A DNA stretch of 64,000 nucleotides from Eledone cirrhosa. Its lineage: Eukaryota. The translations under genes were made by a program, and so were the position numbers. Below, piece by piece: positions 28,175-42,367 of the stretch. The notes beneath the pieces are model-generated. The model saw only the letters and a program-made list of their open reading frames with translations, searched no databases and was not told the DNA's origin. Numbering within the stretch: position 1 is the first letter of the stretch; the number at the start of each line of letters is the position of its first letter. The stretch is taken from NCBI GenBank assembly GCA_964016885.1, contig OZ024748.1, positions 54,126,001-54,190,000 of the forward strand, written 5' to 3'.

Positions 28175-28268
28175 ATTTTGCCTTTCATCCTTACGGGGTC
28201 GATAAATAAAGTACCAGTAATGCACTGGGTAATTGCTGGCCTTGTGCCTAAAGTAGAAACAATTATTT
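28175..28268 (+). mobile_element. 5'-truncated family-N SINE, short subfamily
   Basis: tttgcctttcatccttacggggtcgataaataaagtaccagtaatgcactgggtaattgctggccttgtgcctaaagtagaaacaattatt. Confidence 0.85.
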
Positions 28269-29015
28269 GTTTAGTCCTAACCTCAGCGGTCATTCAAGCA
28301 AAAGTACTAACACCATCATGTCTACAACAAACATACTAATAAAAGAAACAATATGTAGACTAGAAAAATATTGTAAAAAAAAAAATCTTCTTCTTCACCA
28401 CGAAATAAGTTAGTAAGTATTGGTTACAGAATAGAAGAATAGAACTCGCAAACACTTACATATATATATATGGATATATATGGATTGGACGACATTTGAT
28501 AGTGTTTGCACGAGGTTCTATGCTCACCTTGTCCCATCTCATTCTTACACACGCAACCACCTCCACATACACACACATATATATATATATATACATTATA
28601 TATATGTGTGTGTGTGTATATATATACTCACACACGCATCTACATTAATTTTTTCCGTCTAAATCTCTCTAAATGCGTGTGTGCCTTATCTTGTTTTTCG
28701 AATTCACTCTATGACTGAGCTACATATATACATATATGTACACATACATACATGCATACATACATAAGAAAGGTCCATGTATATATATACATATATATAT
28801 ATATACATATATATATGTATATATACAAGGACTCTTTCTTTCAACCCCCCCCCCCCCACACACACACACACAACCAAGCCCACAAATACATGTTGCCTAA
28901 GTTTATAAATCTGTTTTAATCATATAGGTCGCTTAAGAACTAAATATATACATTTGTACTTATTTATGTATATTTTACACGTCTGTGATGTATATTTGTG
29001 TGAATAACTATGGAA

Positions 29016-29054
<39 letters not shown>

Positions 29055-29311
29055 CATGTGTGTGTGTGTGTATTTGAATATATATTTATGTGTGTGTGTA
29101 AATATCTATGGAAATATATATATATATACATGCGTTTATGGTGTGTGTGGTATGTGTGTAACCTACAATATATGCCACCCCCTAAACTCTCATACTCACC
29201 CTTCTACCGTTCATTAATTCTCTACATCCCCTGAAGCTTACTTATTCAGTTGGATTAACAACATCAAGCAAGAATATCGTAAGAAATACTCTTTGGATTT
29301 GATAATATAGC

Positions 29312-29397
<86 letters not shown>

Positions 29398-29581
29398 ATT
29401 TATATAGGTATGTATGTATGTATATATGTGTGTGTGTATAAATAAATATATATAAACATATATATATTTATATATATATGTATGAATATATATGTGTGTG
29501 TGTGCGTATACGTATATATTCCAGAGACTTTACACTCACCCTTTCTAAACACATAATGAGCACTTCAACACACACACTCAC

Positions 29582-29639
<58 letters not shown>

Positions 29640-29696
29640 TGATATGTATATTAAGAAATTAAGCAAATTAAGCAGTTAGAAATCTTGAGACCTTAT

Positions 29697-29860
29697 TTGC
29701 ATACCAGTAATGCACTGGGTATTTGCTGACCTTGTGCCTAAAGTAGAAGCAATTATTTTATAACTTTGCCTTTCATCCTTACGGGGTCGGTAAAATAAAG
29801 TACCAGTAATAAACTGGGTAATTGCTGGCCTTGTGCCAAAAGTAGAAACAATTATTTTAT
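29697..29860 (+). mobile_element. Two tandem truncated family-N SINEs
   Basis: taccagtaat.cactgggta.ttgctg.ccttgtgcc.aaagtagaa.caattatt occurs twice. Confidence 0.85.
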
Positions 29861-29889
29861 AATGTAAGCAAATAAATTTCAAATACACA

Positions 29890-30947
<1,058 letters not shown>

Positions 30948-31865
30948 GTCCTCATTTCCATAAAAATATTCCTGAAGTCTTGACACCTGGACCGCTGCTT
31001 TTTTTATTCAACACACTATAAATATATATATATATACACATCTAGATTATTGACTAGCTCGAAAATTGCCCTCATAGTTATGAAAGCCAACTAATAAGTG
31101 TCTTATTCATATCCGCTGTAAAGCTGCCATTAGTCTCCTTTGGTCGTTTCCCTTAGTTAATTAAATTAATTAATCTTTTTTTACTATGCAAATCATTACA
31201 GGCCATAAGTTTTCAATTGTTTATGTGTAAATAGCTTGTCATCTAATCAAAACAGGTTTAAGTAATCCTGATGAGATGCAATAAGACTGAAACATGACTG
31301 TAGCTGTTCCCTTGGATGCAAACAAAATAAGGGTTTCTTTCAATCATGTGCATTAATTTTGTGAAAGTCATCTCTTCATTTCTTTGAGAGTTACTAATAA
31401 ATTTTTCTCTCCAATTAAAAGTAAAATTTCAGTTAATTGAGAAATGTTGGCTATATCATTCAGTGAATCATACCCTCCCCGCTTTATCTTATCTCATCCA
31501 CATGAATGTTTTACCTACGTTCACTATTACAATGTTGGTACCCAATGCAAGAAGTAACAAGCCTTGTTATCCTTGTCAGCCATTTTCATCATAAAAAATA
31601 AATTACCACGTACTGTCATAAAAACAACCAGACAGCAACTGATAAATAACAAGATGGTCATGGCTTGAACACTCAGAGCTAATTTGGAACTAAACAACAA
31701 CTTCCCTAAACATCTTCTAAGCCTCATCCCAACAAATTCCCTCAACCTTCCAAGGTCGCAACCTGTTCTATTGTTCTCCAGCATTCGCTTGTGCTCTTTA
31801 TACCCCTCTGCTTTGCCCAGTTTTTCATTACACATCATTTCCACCATTTGAATATTGGTAATAAT

Positions 31866-32380
31866 TTAACCCATAAGTTACCATATTTCCAATGAAAGAC
31901 ACTGCCTATGATTTTCAATTAATTTTGAAAATAATCAAGAATTTGGAAAGATTTACATATATAACTTTCTCATTATTAAGCTCGTGTTTGAAACATAATT
32001 TAACAAAGGATCTTTAACAAAGATATTTTGATAAATATGGACACTTGAAAAATAAAGAGCATTCTATCATAGAATTAGGGCCATTTCAAGCGGATTGGTA
32101 CTGAAATTGTGAAGCCTTTATTAAGCAATATTTCTAATGAAATACACAACCTTATGTATTTAAATAAATTGCGAAAATAATGAAGAATTTGGAAAGAGTT
32201 AGTAAAATACCTTACTGCATTATTTAACAAGAAAATTAGACTATTTCGAACATAACTTAGCAAGTGGTTCTTGCTTATATTTGTGATGGAATGTTTTAAT
32301 TGAAATATCAAAATTTTATAATGGAGTGAGATTTTATCAAAGACCTTGAGGCAGTCTTATGCGGTGTTGTTAAAAGTTAA
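31866..32380. mobile_element. Two tandem piggyBac-type (TTAA) MITE copies
   Basis: Starts TTAA-ccc...ttaccatatttcc. The internal aattttgaaaataatcaagaatttggaaag is repeated at ~32170 and the second copy ends aaaagTTAA. Confidence 0.55.
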
Positions 32381-32567
32381 TTGTATTAGCTATGTTAAGC
32401 CACATGGCCAGATATCCAAGAAGAATGATGAGGATCTAAAAATGTGCTTCAGGGCATTGCAAGGGACTCGTCAGATTGTTTGTAGATAATAAGAAATTGT
32501 GTTCATTATTAAACAAAGCGAAGAGACATACATATATGCGTACATAATACATACATATATGTATATT

Positions 32568-32618
<51 letters not shown>

Positions 32619-32939
32619 TAAATGAACACACATATTCACAGTATATATACACAAATACACACACACACATATATACTTTATATATATATAAATATGTGTA
32701 TATATATATATAACATTATTACGAATTTGAGAAAAAAGTACTCAATACTAAATCCGTGTGTTGTAGTTTATTTATATTATTCAGGCTGACCCAGCAGTCT
32801 GTTCTACTGGAGTTTCCCGGGTGCGTGGCAGTGTGAGGAGTCGACCACCCCTCGGGGGAAATTCTGGAGTAAATAGGCTACTAGATAAAACAAAAACACA
32901 CATACGCACGCACACAGCCACACTCGTATGTATGTATGT

Positions 32940-32995
<56 letters not shown>

Positions 32996-33087
32996 CCATG
33001 TGAGACATTGTACAGTTTGTACAGGATTTGATGTAATTTTTTCCGTATGGACTTAGGCCTTCATGTTGTACATATGTATAGTGATTG

Positions 33088-33128
<41 letters not shown>

Positions 33129-33317
33129 ATACATATATATGTATGCGCATTTATGTCTGTGATTTGTAAATCAATGTCTTTACGCTCGCCTATCTGATTG
33201 CTTGCGTGTATGTATGTATGTATGTATGTATGTATGTATGTATGTATGTATGTATGTATGTATGTATGTATGTATATGTGTGTGTGTACATGTGTGTGTT
33301 CCCTCGTGTTGTGAAGA

Positions 33318-33645
33318 CTTATGGTTTAGTTGTTAGAGTGTTTGGTTCCCAATCGTAAGGTCATGTATTCGATTTCTCAAAGCACACTGTTATTAATCAA
33401 GACGATTAATTTCGTTTCATTTTACGTCGTTCTAATCTACACAGTTACCAAATAGGTGTTGAACCTGCAATTCAAATAGTTGCCCTTGTCACACACTATC
33501 TCGCTGAATCTCCCTGAGAAATACGTTACGGATAGACATATTTGTAGAATATTTAGCCGCTTGCACTTAAATATCATAAGCTGACTTTTTTTCCCATTGA
33601 TCACATCATCCAGAGCAATCATCGTCGTAAAAGACGGTGGTTCAT
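33318..33645 (+). mobile_element. Degenerate SINE, family C1
   Basis: tggtttagttgttagagtg head; cccttgtcacac...gctgaatctccctgagaaatacgtta...gccgcttgcac...gtcgtaaaagacgg tail. Confidence 0.65.
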
Positions 33646-33648
33646 CAG

Positions 33649-33691
<43 letters not shown>

Positions 33692-34231
33692 TGCCTGGCT
33701 ATCTGCTATGCATGCGTGTCTGCGTACGCCTGACAGCGTAAATGCGAGTTGCTCTTACTTATAGGCATGCAGATTTTTGCATATCTGTGGGTGTGTGTGT
33801 GTGTGTGTGTGTGTGTGAATATATATATATATATGTGTGTGTGTGTTTGCGTGGGCGCGGGCGTATGTATGTTTGTATCAGTGTCCTGCACCGCGAAACA
33901 AGGTATTTCACGCGTATAGTAATGAGACAAGCACACACACCCCACACACACAGACACGGCAGCCGTATGAAGCAATAGCTGAAACTTCGAAGTAACTGGC
34001 ACTGGTATAGCAAAATAATTGTGATTGCTCTTCCGGTTATGATGTTGGCATGAAGTTGGCTGTATGCCGTTATCTCCTCATAACAGACATACACATCGAC
34101 AGACAGACTGATATAGAGATATAGATATAGAGATATAGATAATGTATATATTTAATCTAGAACTAACTGTTGGAACGGCAAGAGCTCACCCGTCGGGACT
34201 CGACTCGTACTAATATATATTTGTGTGTACG

Positions 34232-34284
<53 letters not shown>

Positions 34285-34325
34285 ATATATGTATATATAT
34301 ATGTATGTATGTATTTAATACATAA

Positions 34326-34356
<31 letters not shown>

Positions 34357-34537
34357 ACACATATATATATATGTATATATAATGTGCGTGTACGCGTGTC
34401 TTAGATCTTTCCGCTCCGTGGTTATCCCCACACCTGTCAACTAATTCCTGCATGTCAGGTCCCTTGGAACGTTAGACGCCAGGTAGTCTGGGACCGTCCC
34501 TCCTCCGCTGTTTCTGCAACGGTGTCTATAGCACACA

Positions 34538-34580
<43 letters not shown>

Positions 34581-34581
<1 letters not shown>

Positions 34582-34994
34582 CGAGGTGCGTGCGAGACGA
34601 AGAAACCGTCGCGCACGCATTCATACACTGCCCGGGCGTCACTGACCTGTGGGGCTATGTGGAACGACTATTGTCGCGGGTGGGACCAATCCAGTTGACC
34701 ACCGAGTCCATTGTCATGATCAAACCGCCACCCTCCTTCAAAAACGAAGGAGAGGCGGTTTTCCTTTGTGTGATAGCTATGGCGAAAGAGGTTGTATGGT
34801 GGACAAGGTTGAAAGGGCTGAGGTCAGACACCTTTCTCTCCGGCCAACAACTGATTCTTTTTTTCAAATACCACTTTGGAAGAAGAATCAGGATGGAGAG
34901 AGAGGTGCTGTACCCCAGCAAGTTTTATGAAAGGTGGGTGAAAGTGGCGAGAATGGCCCGAGTGAATGGGCCTTCTCTCTATATCAGCCTGTAG
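34581..34994 (+). pseudogene. LINE ORF2 C-terminal remnant (zf-RVT-type CCHC zinc knuckle and downstream helix)
   Basis: PRC-x4-ETVAHAFIHC-x5-W and AKEVVWWTR match the CxxC...ETxxHxFxxC...W and K-x2-IW-x2-R motifs typical of L1/Tx1 ORF2 ends. The frame is open from 34581 to the TAG at 34992-34994. Confidence 0.85.
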
Positions 34995-35230
34995 GTTGAG
35001 GAAAAGGAGGAGGAGAGGAAAGGAGTACAAGCTCTTCGTACTCCTGGAGATGAGGGTTGCACATTTTTTCGGGGGTCTGTGTTACCCATATAAACTGTCT
35101 CCCTCTATTGGGGAAAATCGACTAACTTTTAAATTCCATCTGTGATAACATTTTACACGTTTTTATTGTATGTAAACTTCCCCCTTTGTATTTGTCCCCT
35201 TCTTTTGTGCCCCTGTGGCTAATAAAGAAA
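34581..35230 (+). mobile_element. 5'-truncated L1/Tx1-clade non-LTR retrotransposon (ORF2 C-terminus and 3' UTR)
   Basis: A GC-richer insert starts abruptly after (TATC)n, has an ORF to 34994 and a UTR ending AATAAA at 35221-35226, then (TA)n resumes. Confidence 0.85.
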
Positions 35231-35379
35231 TATATCTATATATATACATATATGTGTGAGAGAGAGAGAGAGAGAGAGAGATGTACGAATTTGTATGCTC
35301 CATGTGGTGGCTGACGAGGAAACTCGAAGCTCTTGTTCGTTTGTCCGCAGTATCCGTTTTCCCGTGTGTAACTTTTGTG

Positions 35380-35419
<40 letters not shown>

Positions 35420-35901
35420 CAGAGAGAGAGAGAGACAGAGAGAGAGAGAAAAGAGAGAGTGATGTAGTGGGAGTCACAAGTTAGAATTAAATGAGAATTT
35501 AGGAAAAGAGCGAGCTTTGTATGCTATTAGCGTTTTCATTTTTACTTATCTCTATGCAATTTGACATCTCTCTGTCTTTTTCTTTGTCTTTCTCCCTTTC
35601 TCTCTTTCTCTCTAACACTTTTACACTCTTATTTCCCTCCTCCTGCTCCTCCTCCTCTTTCTGCTACTACTACTTTTCCTCATTTTTACCTTTTCTCTAT
35701 TTTACTACCAACTCTTCCTTCCCCTCTTATTACACCAGGTATTCTCTCTCTCACGCTCTCATTCTCTCTCTTCCACTTTCTTAATTACTTTCACCTTATT
35801 TTCACTCAATATTCTTCTATCTCTGTCTCTATCTGTTTCCCTAACTCTCTTTCTCTCCCGTCCGATTCTCTTCTTATTTACACTCTATCTCTCATCTGCT
35901 A

Positions 35902-35991
<90 letters not shown>

Positions 35992-36093
35992 CAATCTATC
36001 TTCTCTAATTATTTTTAATTCTGTTTTCGCCGCTAGTCTCGATTCTCTGGTCTCAAAACGAATTATCTTACTGCAGTAATAATAATTGATGGT

Positions 36094-36158
<65 letters not shown>

Positions 36159-36322
36159 ATACTATGCTATCCATGTGCACTTAACTCCTGGAGGAATCGT
36201 AGGGGCGCCATCGTGACATATGGCGTATCTTGGGCATTTAAACATCTCTCCACACACACACACCTATATACAAATATATATATATATACATACATACACA
36301 CACGCACACATACATACGGATA

Positions 36323-36404
<82 letters not shown>

Positions 36405-36421
36405 CATATATATATATATAT

Positions 36422-36550
<129 letters not shown>

Positions 36551-36706
36551 TATATATATATATATATGAATATATATGTAGAGGTTATATTTAATTTGTT
36601 GGGATACAACAAGCAAAATATTTTTATAACTGATATAAAGCACTCAACAAATTATTGGAGTAAATATACAATATATTAACAAATGGAAACTATATTTATA
36701 AAACCA

Positions 36707-36772
36707 TATTTCATTATACATATTTCAAGGGACACCAAGGTAAACTATGGTGCCCTTTCATCAGATAAAATA
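36707..36772 (-). ncRNA. Type I hammerhead ribozyme (predicted)
   Basis: UAUUUUAU-CUGAUGA-AAGGGCACCA[UAGUUUACCU]UGGUGUCCCUU-GAAA-U[AUGU]AUA^AUGAAAUA: full catalytic core, 8-bp stem I, ~10-bp stem II and minimal stem III. Confidence 0.75.
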
Positions 36773-36915
36773 TAATATAGGTTAGTTTTATAAATAAATA
36801 AATAAATAAATAAATATTGACATACCCTTAAAAAATGCAACCAGGAGATTCCAACCAGAACGGTTTCATTTTTTAAGGGTATGTCAATATTTATTTATAA
36901 AACTAACCTATATTA

Positions 36916-36981
36916 TATTTTATCTGATGAAAGCGCACCATAGTTTACCTTGGTGGCCCTTGAAATATGTATAATGAAATA
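36916..36981 (+). ncRNA. Type I hammerhead ribozyme (predicted)
   Basis: Stem I 36916-36923 pairs with 36974-36981; CTGATGA 36924-36930; stem II 36931-36961 (one C-C mismatch); GAAA 36962-36965; AUA cleavage triplet 36971-36973. Confidence 0.7.
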
Positions 36982-37105
36982 AATATAGTTTCCATTTGTT
37001 AATATATTGTATGAATATATATATATATATATATAATAATATATATAGTAATAATAATAATAATAAATATATATATATATGAATATATATATATATATAT
37101 ATAAT

Positions 37106-37139
<34 letters not shown>

Positions 37140-37185
37140 ATATATATATATATATAATATATACATATATATGAATATATATATA

Positions 37186-37246
<61 letters not shown>

Positions 37247-37397
37247 TATATATGAATATATATATATATATATATATGAATATATATATATATATATATA
37301 ATATATATATATATATATAATATATATATGAATATATATATATATATATATATAATATATATATATATATAATATAATATATATATATATATAATAT

Positions 37398-37429
<32 letters not shown>

Positions 37430-37473
37430 ATATATATATAATATATATATATATATTATATATATATATATAT

Positions 37474-37535
<62 letters not shown>

Positions 37536-37619
37536 ATATATATGTATATATATATAACATATATATATATATGAGTGTGTATGTATGCATGGATATATAT
37601 ATATATATACACACACATG

Positions 37620-37965
37620 ATGTTGTTTAACCCTAGGCTATATTTCATATAGCAAACGTATGATCAAAGACGTTCCAGCGGTGACCACCTATATTTTATT
37701 TCATCCCTATATACCTCGGACGACAGTAATCACTGTGTGCGACATTGCCCATGACTGTGGATATTTAATAGATAGTTGACTGCTAATACTAGTAGATCGA
37801 GCAATGTTCTTTAACCTTGCTAATCAAGCAAGTTTCCGAGACGTTGTGGTTGTCATACCCTGTATCAAGGGTTATATTCTCCGAGTGTTCAGTCGTTTTT
37901 AAGACTACAAAGCTATGATGTGAAGGTGATTTGACTGCTATTTTTAGCATGCCGATCAAACTCGT
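37620..37965 (-). mobile_element. (CAA)n-tailed retroposon/SINE, family Q
   Basis: tgttgtttaaccctaggc...tatgatcaaagacgttccagcggtgacca...tgactgctatttttagca. Related copies lie at ~10255, 11435, 12300, 15170, 31640, 45530, 46512, 52650 and 54818. Confidence 0.65.
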
Positions 37966-38261
37966 TGGATCATACATGTGCATATTATGTGTACTTGTGA
38001 AAACATTCTCTTTTTACCCAATGTCTAAAGGTATTTATCACATAGGCACAAGTCAGTATCATATATATATATATTCATTTTATTTAAATAGTCTTGTTAC
38101 CCTGGAGTATTGCCTACTTTTCACAGGGACATGGGCTGACCCCATAAAGAGCAGGTGAAACTCCAGAGCAACAAGACTTACTATTTAGCCTTAATAAAAT
38201 GATTACTTAAACTCTACAATACCTCTAGATATTGAGTACTCTTCTCTCTTAGACGGTCAAC

Positions 38262-38311
<50 letters not shown>

Positions 38312-38509
38312 TGTGAGGTTGACTCTGTTCGATGGGGTGGACATCTGCGGAGAACGTGAAATGTCAACTGGGTTCGATTAGTAATCGAAACCGGATCGAT
38401 GAATAAACTAGTCTGGCGGCCGGGGGCTGCTTACTTACTAAGCGTTTGGCGTTCGTTCATTTAAGGATGCAGGCAAATAGGGAAAGTTAACGAAACATAA
38501 TTGCAAGCT

Positions 38510-38900
38510 TCTCACCACCACCACCACCACCACTATCCCCACCACCATCACTATCCCCACCAAAACCACCATCCCCACCACCACCAGCACTACTATAAGC
38601 ATTATCACTGCAACCATCACCACCGTCACCACCAATATAAATATTATCACCACCACCATCATCATTATTAAAAGCCTTATCACCACCACCATCCCCATCA
38701 CTGTCACCACCACCACCATTACCACCATCATAATTACCACCACTCCCACAAACACCACCACCACTACCGCCATCACCACCACCATCACTAACATCATCAC
38801 CACCACCATCATCTATCTCCTCATCATTCGTCGTCAGAGTCATCAGTGTAGTCGTCGTGTACGTCATCATCATCATCATCATCGTCGCCATCACCATAAT
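38510..38900. repeat. (CAC/CAT)n low-complexity tract
   Basis: Directly visible; source of the poly-G/D/V ORFs. Confidence 0.85.
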
Positions 38901-39036
38901 CATCTCTGTTTTCCATGTTATACTTCCTCATTACATCTCCCTCCTCCCTCCTCTACTTCCCCCCTCTCTCGAAATTCTTATTATCTTTGTCTTTCTCCCC
39001 CTCCCCTCTATTTCAATCATTATATTCTCCCAATCT

Positions 39037-39070
<34 letters not shown>

Positions 39071-40088
39071 TATATACATATATATTATATTATATATATC
39101 TACCTCCCCTTCATCTCTGACTTTCCCTCTATTTCCTCCTTACACAAGTCCCCTCCTCTTTATATCACTCGCTATACTTTCTACTCTAATTATCTTCTAT
39201 TCACTATTATCTTCTTCCCTTCATTATCTCCCACTCTCTCATAGTCCATCTATCCCTGCTACTCTTTCATTAGAACTCCTACTCCCGTTCTAATACTGCC
39301 CTCTCTCTCTTTCCATCCCTCTTTCCTCACTTTATCTCTCTTGCTATCAATTTAGTTTTCTAGATTTATGTTTTATTTATTATTTTGCATGTCTTTCTCT
39401 GTCTTTCTCCAATCAGTGTCAGTTTAATTTGCTGTCCACCCTCTCTCTCTCTCTCTACAAAGCCACCTCCTCTTCTTTCCTCCTCCTCCTCCTCCTTCTT
39501 CAGCTCCTAGTTGTCATTTCTATCACAATTACCTCACTTAACCTCACTAACTAACTCTCTCATCCGTCGTTTATTTCTCATTCTCATTCTCATTCTTTTC
39601 TCGTTCTTTACGTTCTTAATGAACACCACAACCTCACCATTTCTCCCCTGCTGCTTCTACTACTTCTTCCTTCCATAAATATGAAAAACAACAACAACAA
39701 CAACAAACAAATCAAAACAAACAAAACAAATCTCATGCCTCGTGGAGAGCCAATTTTCCGTTCCAGTTTCGATTCTTACTTGATAATAATGCTTCATTTA
39801 TAATCATGCACTAATTATGGTCCTGGGAAAGCATGAACGTTACAACATCCCATTTTCTATCTTTTAACAATATCAAAAAACAACAAAAAAAAGGCAAAAA
39901 AATAACAAAAACAAAAGAAAAAAGAGCAAAAAGTAACAAAAAAACAACAACAAAAAAAACAACATTATCATGGAATTAACTATATCATTTTACTATCATT
40001 ATAGTGGTTACTGTTGTGCAGCGGTAAGTTTTCGGATAACTCATTTTGCCAGCCGGGTTCAAATCTTACTCAACATTGCTTTACTTCT

Positions 40089-40137
<49 letters not shown>

Positions 40138-40361
40138 TATATACATATGTATGTATATATCGTTGATGCTCCACCTCACGGCTTCATAAATTTTTATGTA
40201 CCAGCAGGTTTCATGTATTTATGTAAAGAAATTAGCGTGGAAAGCCGTGGTGCGAAACACGCTTTAAATTCCTGGAAACCATTTATTTCCTTCCGTGTCA
40301 TTATTATTATTTCCATTATTATTATTATTATTATTATTTATATTTATAAGCAGGGCTTTTT

Positions 40362-41240
40362 GGGATTGTAGAATCTGTAGTGCAGTTACAACAAATGTCT
40401 AGAATATAATGATATCTATCTACCACCCCGGGGGTTATGGCTTCAAAATCCCGTTGGGGAGTTCGACATTGCTTTATATCCTCCGGGGGTCGATAGAAAT
40501 ATATAACAATTAAGAACTAGGATCAATATGATCGATTAATCATCACCACAAAAAAAACCTTTTCATATTTGTACATCATTATTATGTTGTTGTTGTTTTT
40601 TAGTGTTGGGGGGGGGGTACCCTTCTTGGAAGCATTATTATTATTACTATTATCACTGTAATGTCTCCTTCACCCGTTGCCCTTGGGGCAAATAATAAAG
40701 GATTTTTATTATTATTATTAAACACTGCCACAAAGAGGTGGGTGTGTAGCTTTGGGCTTTCTCCTTACACTAACTTAATAATAAAGTAATAATTTATAAC
40801 AGAAACAAGACCACACATTTTAGGGGCGGGTGTATCCTACGTTTATATCTACTCCAGTAGTTGATTGGTATTTTATTCTATCGACCCCCAGAAAAAAAAG
40901 AGGAAGGAAAAAATCAAACCATATATAATTTAATTCATATTTAATTTTACATTTTCGTCTATGGGTCGATGAAATAAATTCTAGTTAAATATTGGGTTAT
41001 TAAGTTCACAAATACACAACAAAAAAAAAAATAAAGAAAAAACAGGTATCGAACACTCCCCCAGCCCGGGGCTTTTTTTTTTTTTTTTTCCGATTTTTTA
41101 ATCCATCCGGGGCGGGGTGGTATTCGATAAATCAAAGTACCTGTAATACACTAGGTCGCTATGACCGACTACACTCCACCCTCACCCCCAACCAAAGTTT
41201 GGCCTTGTACCTAATGTTTCATAGAAACCCCTGTTGTTAT
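40362..41240 (+). mobile_element. Several old, degenerate family-N SINEs
   Basis: ctttatatcctccgggggtcgatagaaat, ttttcgtctatgggtcgatgaaataa and tcgataaatcaaagtacc...ggccttgtacctaa. Confidence 0.55.
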
Positions 41241-41644
41241 TTGCGGCCCAGGTAAAGAAAATAATATCCTTTTGAAGCCATCGTTTAAAAAATTCCCTGG
41301 ATTTATGAAAATGTAAAAAAATTAAATTCTTATTCATTCAAAAGTTAATACCATTTTTTTTTTTCAATATATATATACATATATACATATACACACAAAC
41401 ACATACAGGTCTGTCTCTCGCGTTTTGAGTTCAAATCCCATTGGGGGAATTCGGCATTTTTCTCCCTCTGCCAACCCTTTCATTCACAATTCGATTAAGA
41501 TAACTATCTGTAATAATGAGTAATGAATTATAATCGTTGATTCATTCATTCGCCGCTGTTATCATTCATTCTGCAACTATTAAAAAAAGGGGAAAGAAAG
41601 AAAGAATCATTGCATTGAGCCAAATATAACCCTTTAATATATAT

Positions 41645-41752
<108 letters not shown>

Positions 41753-42118
41753 ATGCCAGTTATATACTAGTGTAGATTCAATGGAACAGACCCCTAACCA
41801 TTGCTTCTGTATTAAAAGGTGAACTTGTTTCTAGTCGAAAGAAACTACTATTATTCTAATTTTAATCGCATATTCTTCCAATCCTGTTCGTTAATTTCTA
41901 AAACAGTTGACTCTCTCTTCCACATAGATGCTTCTCTCCTCTCTCTCCTTCAATCTATTTATCTACCTTTATATCTATCTCTTTGTAACAGACGTGTGTA
42001 TAATCCCCCTCCCCCTCCCCACACTCACACACACACTATTTCTTTCTCATTACGTTTGCTCTGCTCAATGTTTTATCTCCCACTTCAACTCTCTCCTCTC
42101 TCCAACTTTCATGATTCC

Positions 42119-42159
<41 letters not shown>

Positions 42160-42326
42160 AGTATGTGTGTGTGTGCAAGTGTGTAAGTATGCGTGTGTGC
42201 ATGAGAGAGTGAGAGATAGAGGGTGATACTGTGATTTCATTAAGACATACACACACTCAGTAATGTACGGCCAATTTATAATTATATATCAATGCGTGTG
42301 TCAGATCAATAATTCTCTTCATACCC

Positions 42327-42367
<41 letters not shown>

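Larger units (their letters stand above)
36577..37012. mobile_element. Inverted pair of Penelope-like terminal repeats, family A (fold-back palindrome)
   Basis: Arms 36666-36842 and 36862-37012 are near-perfect reverse complements with a 19-nt spacer, flanked on both sides by (TA)n. Confidence 0.75.

Noticed and set aside
31527-31847. 106-aa non-repetitive-looking minus-strand ORF
   Set aside because: It overlaps a decayed family-Q retroposon tail and has no recognisable motif.
32826-32850. tggcagtgtg matches the miR-34 5' end
   Set aside because: Only 10 nt match and there is no complementary star arm.
38487-38903. Gly/Asp-rich ORF, and a similar one at 57672-58154
   Set aside because: Products of GGT/GAT triplet repeats, with no evidence of coding constraint.
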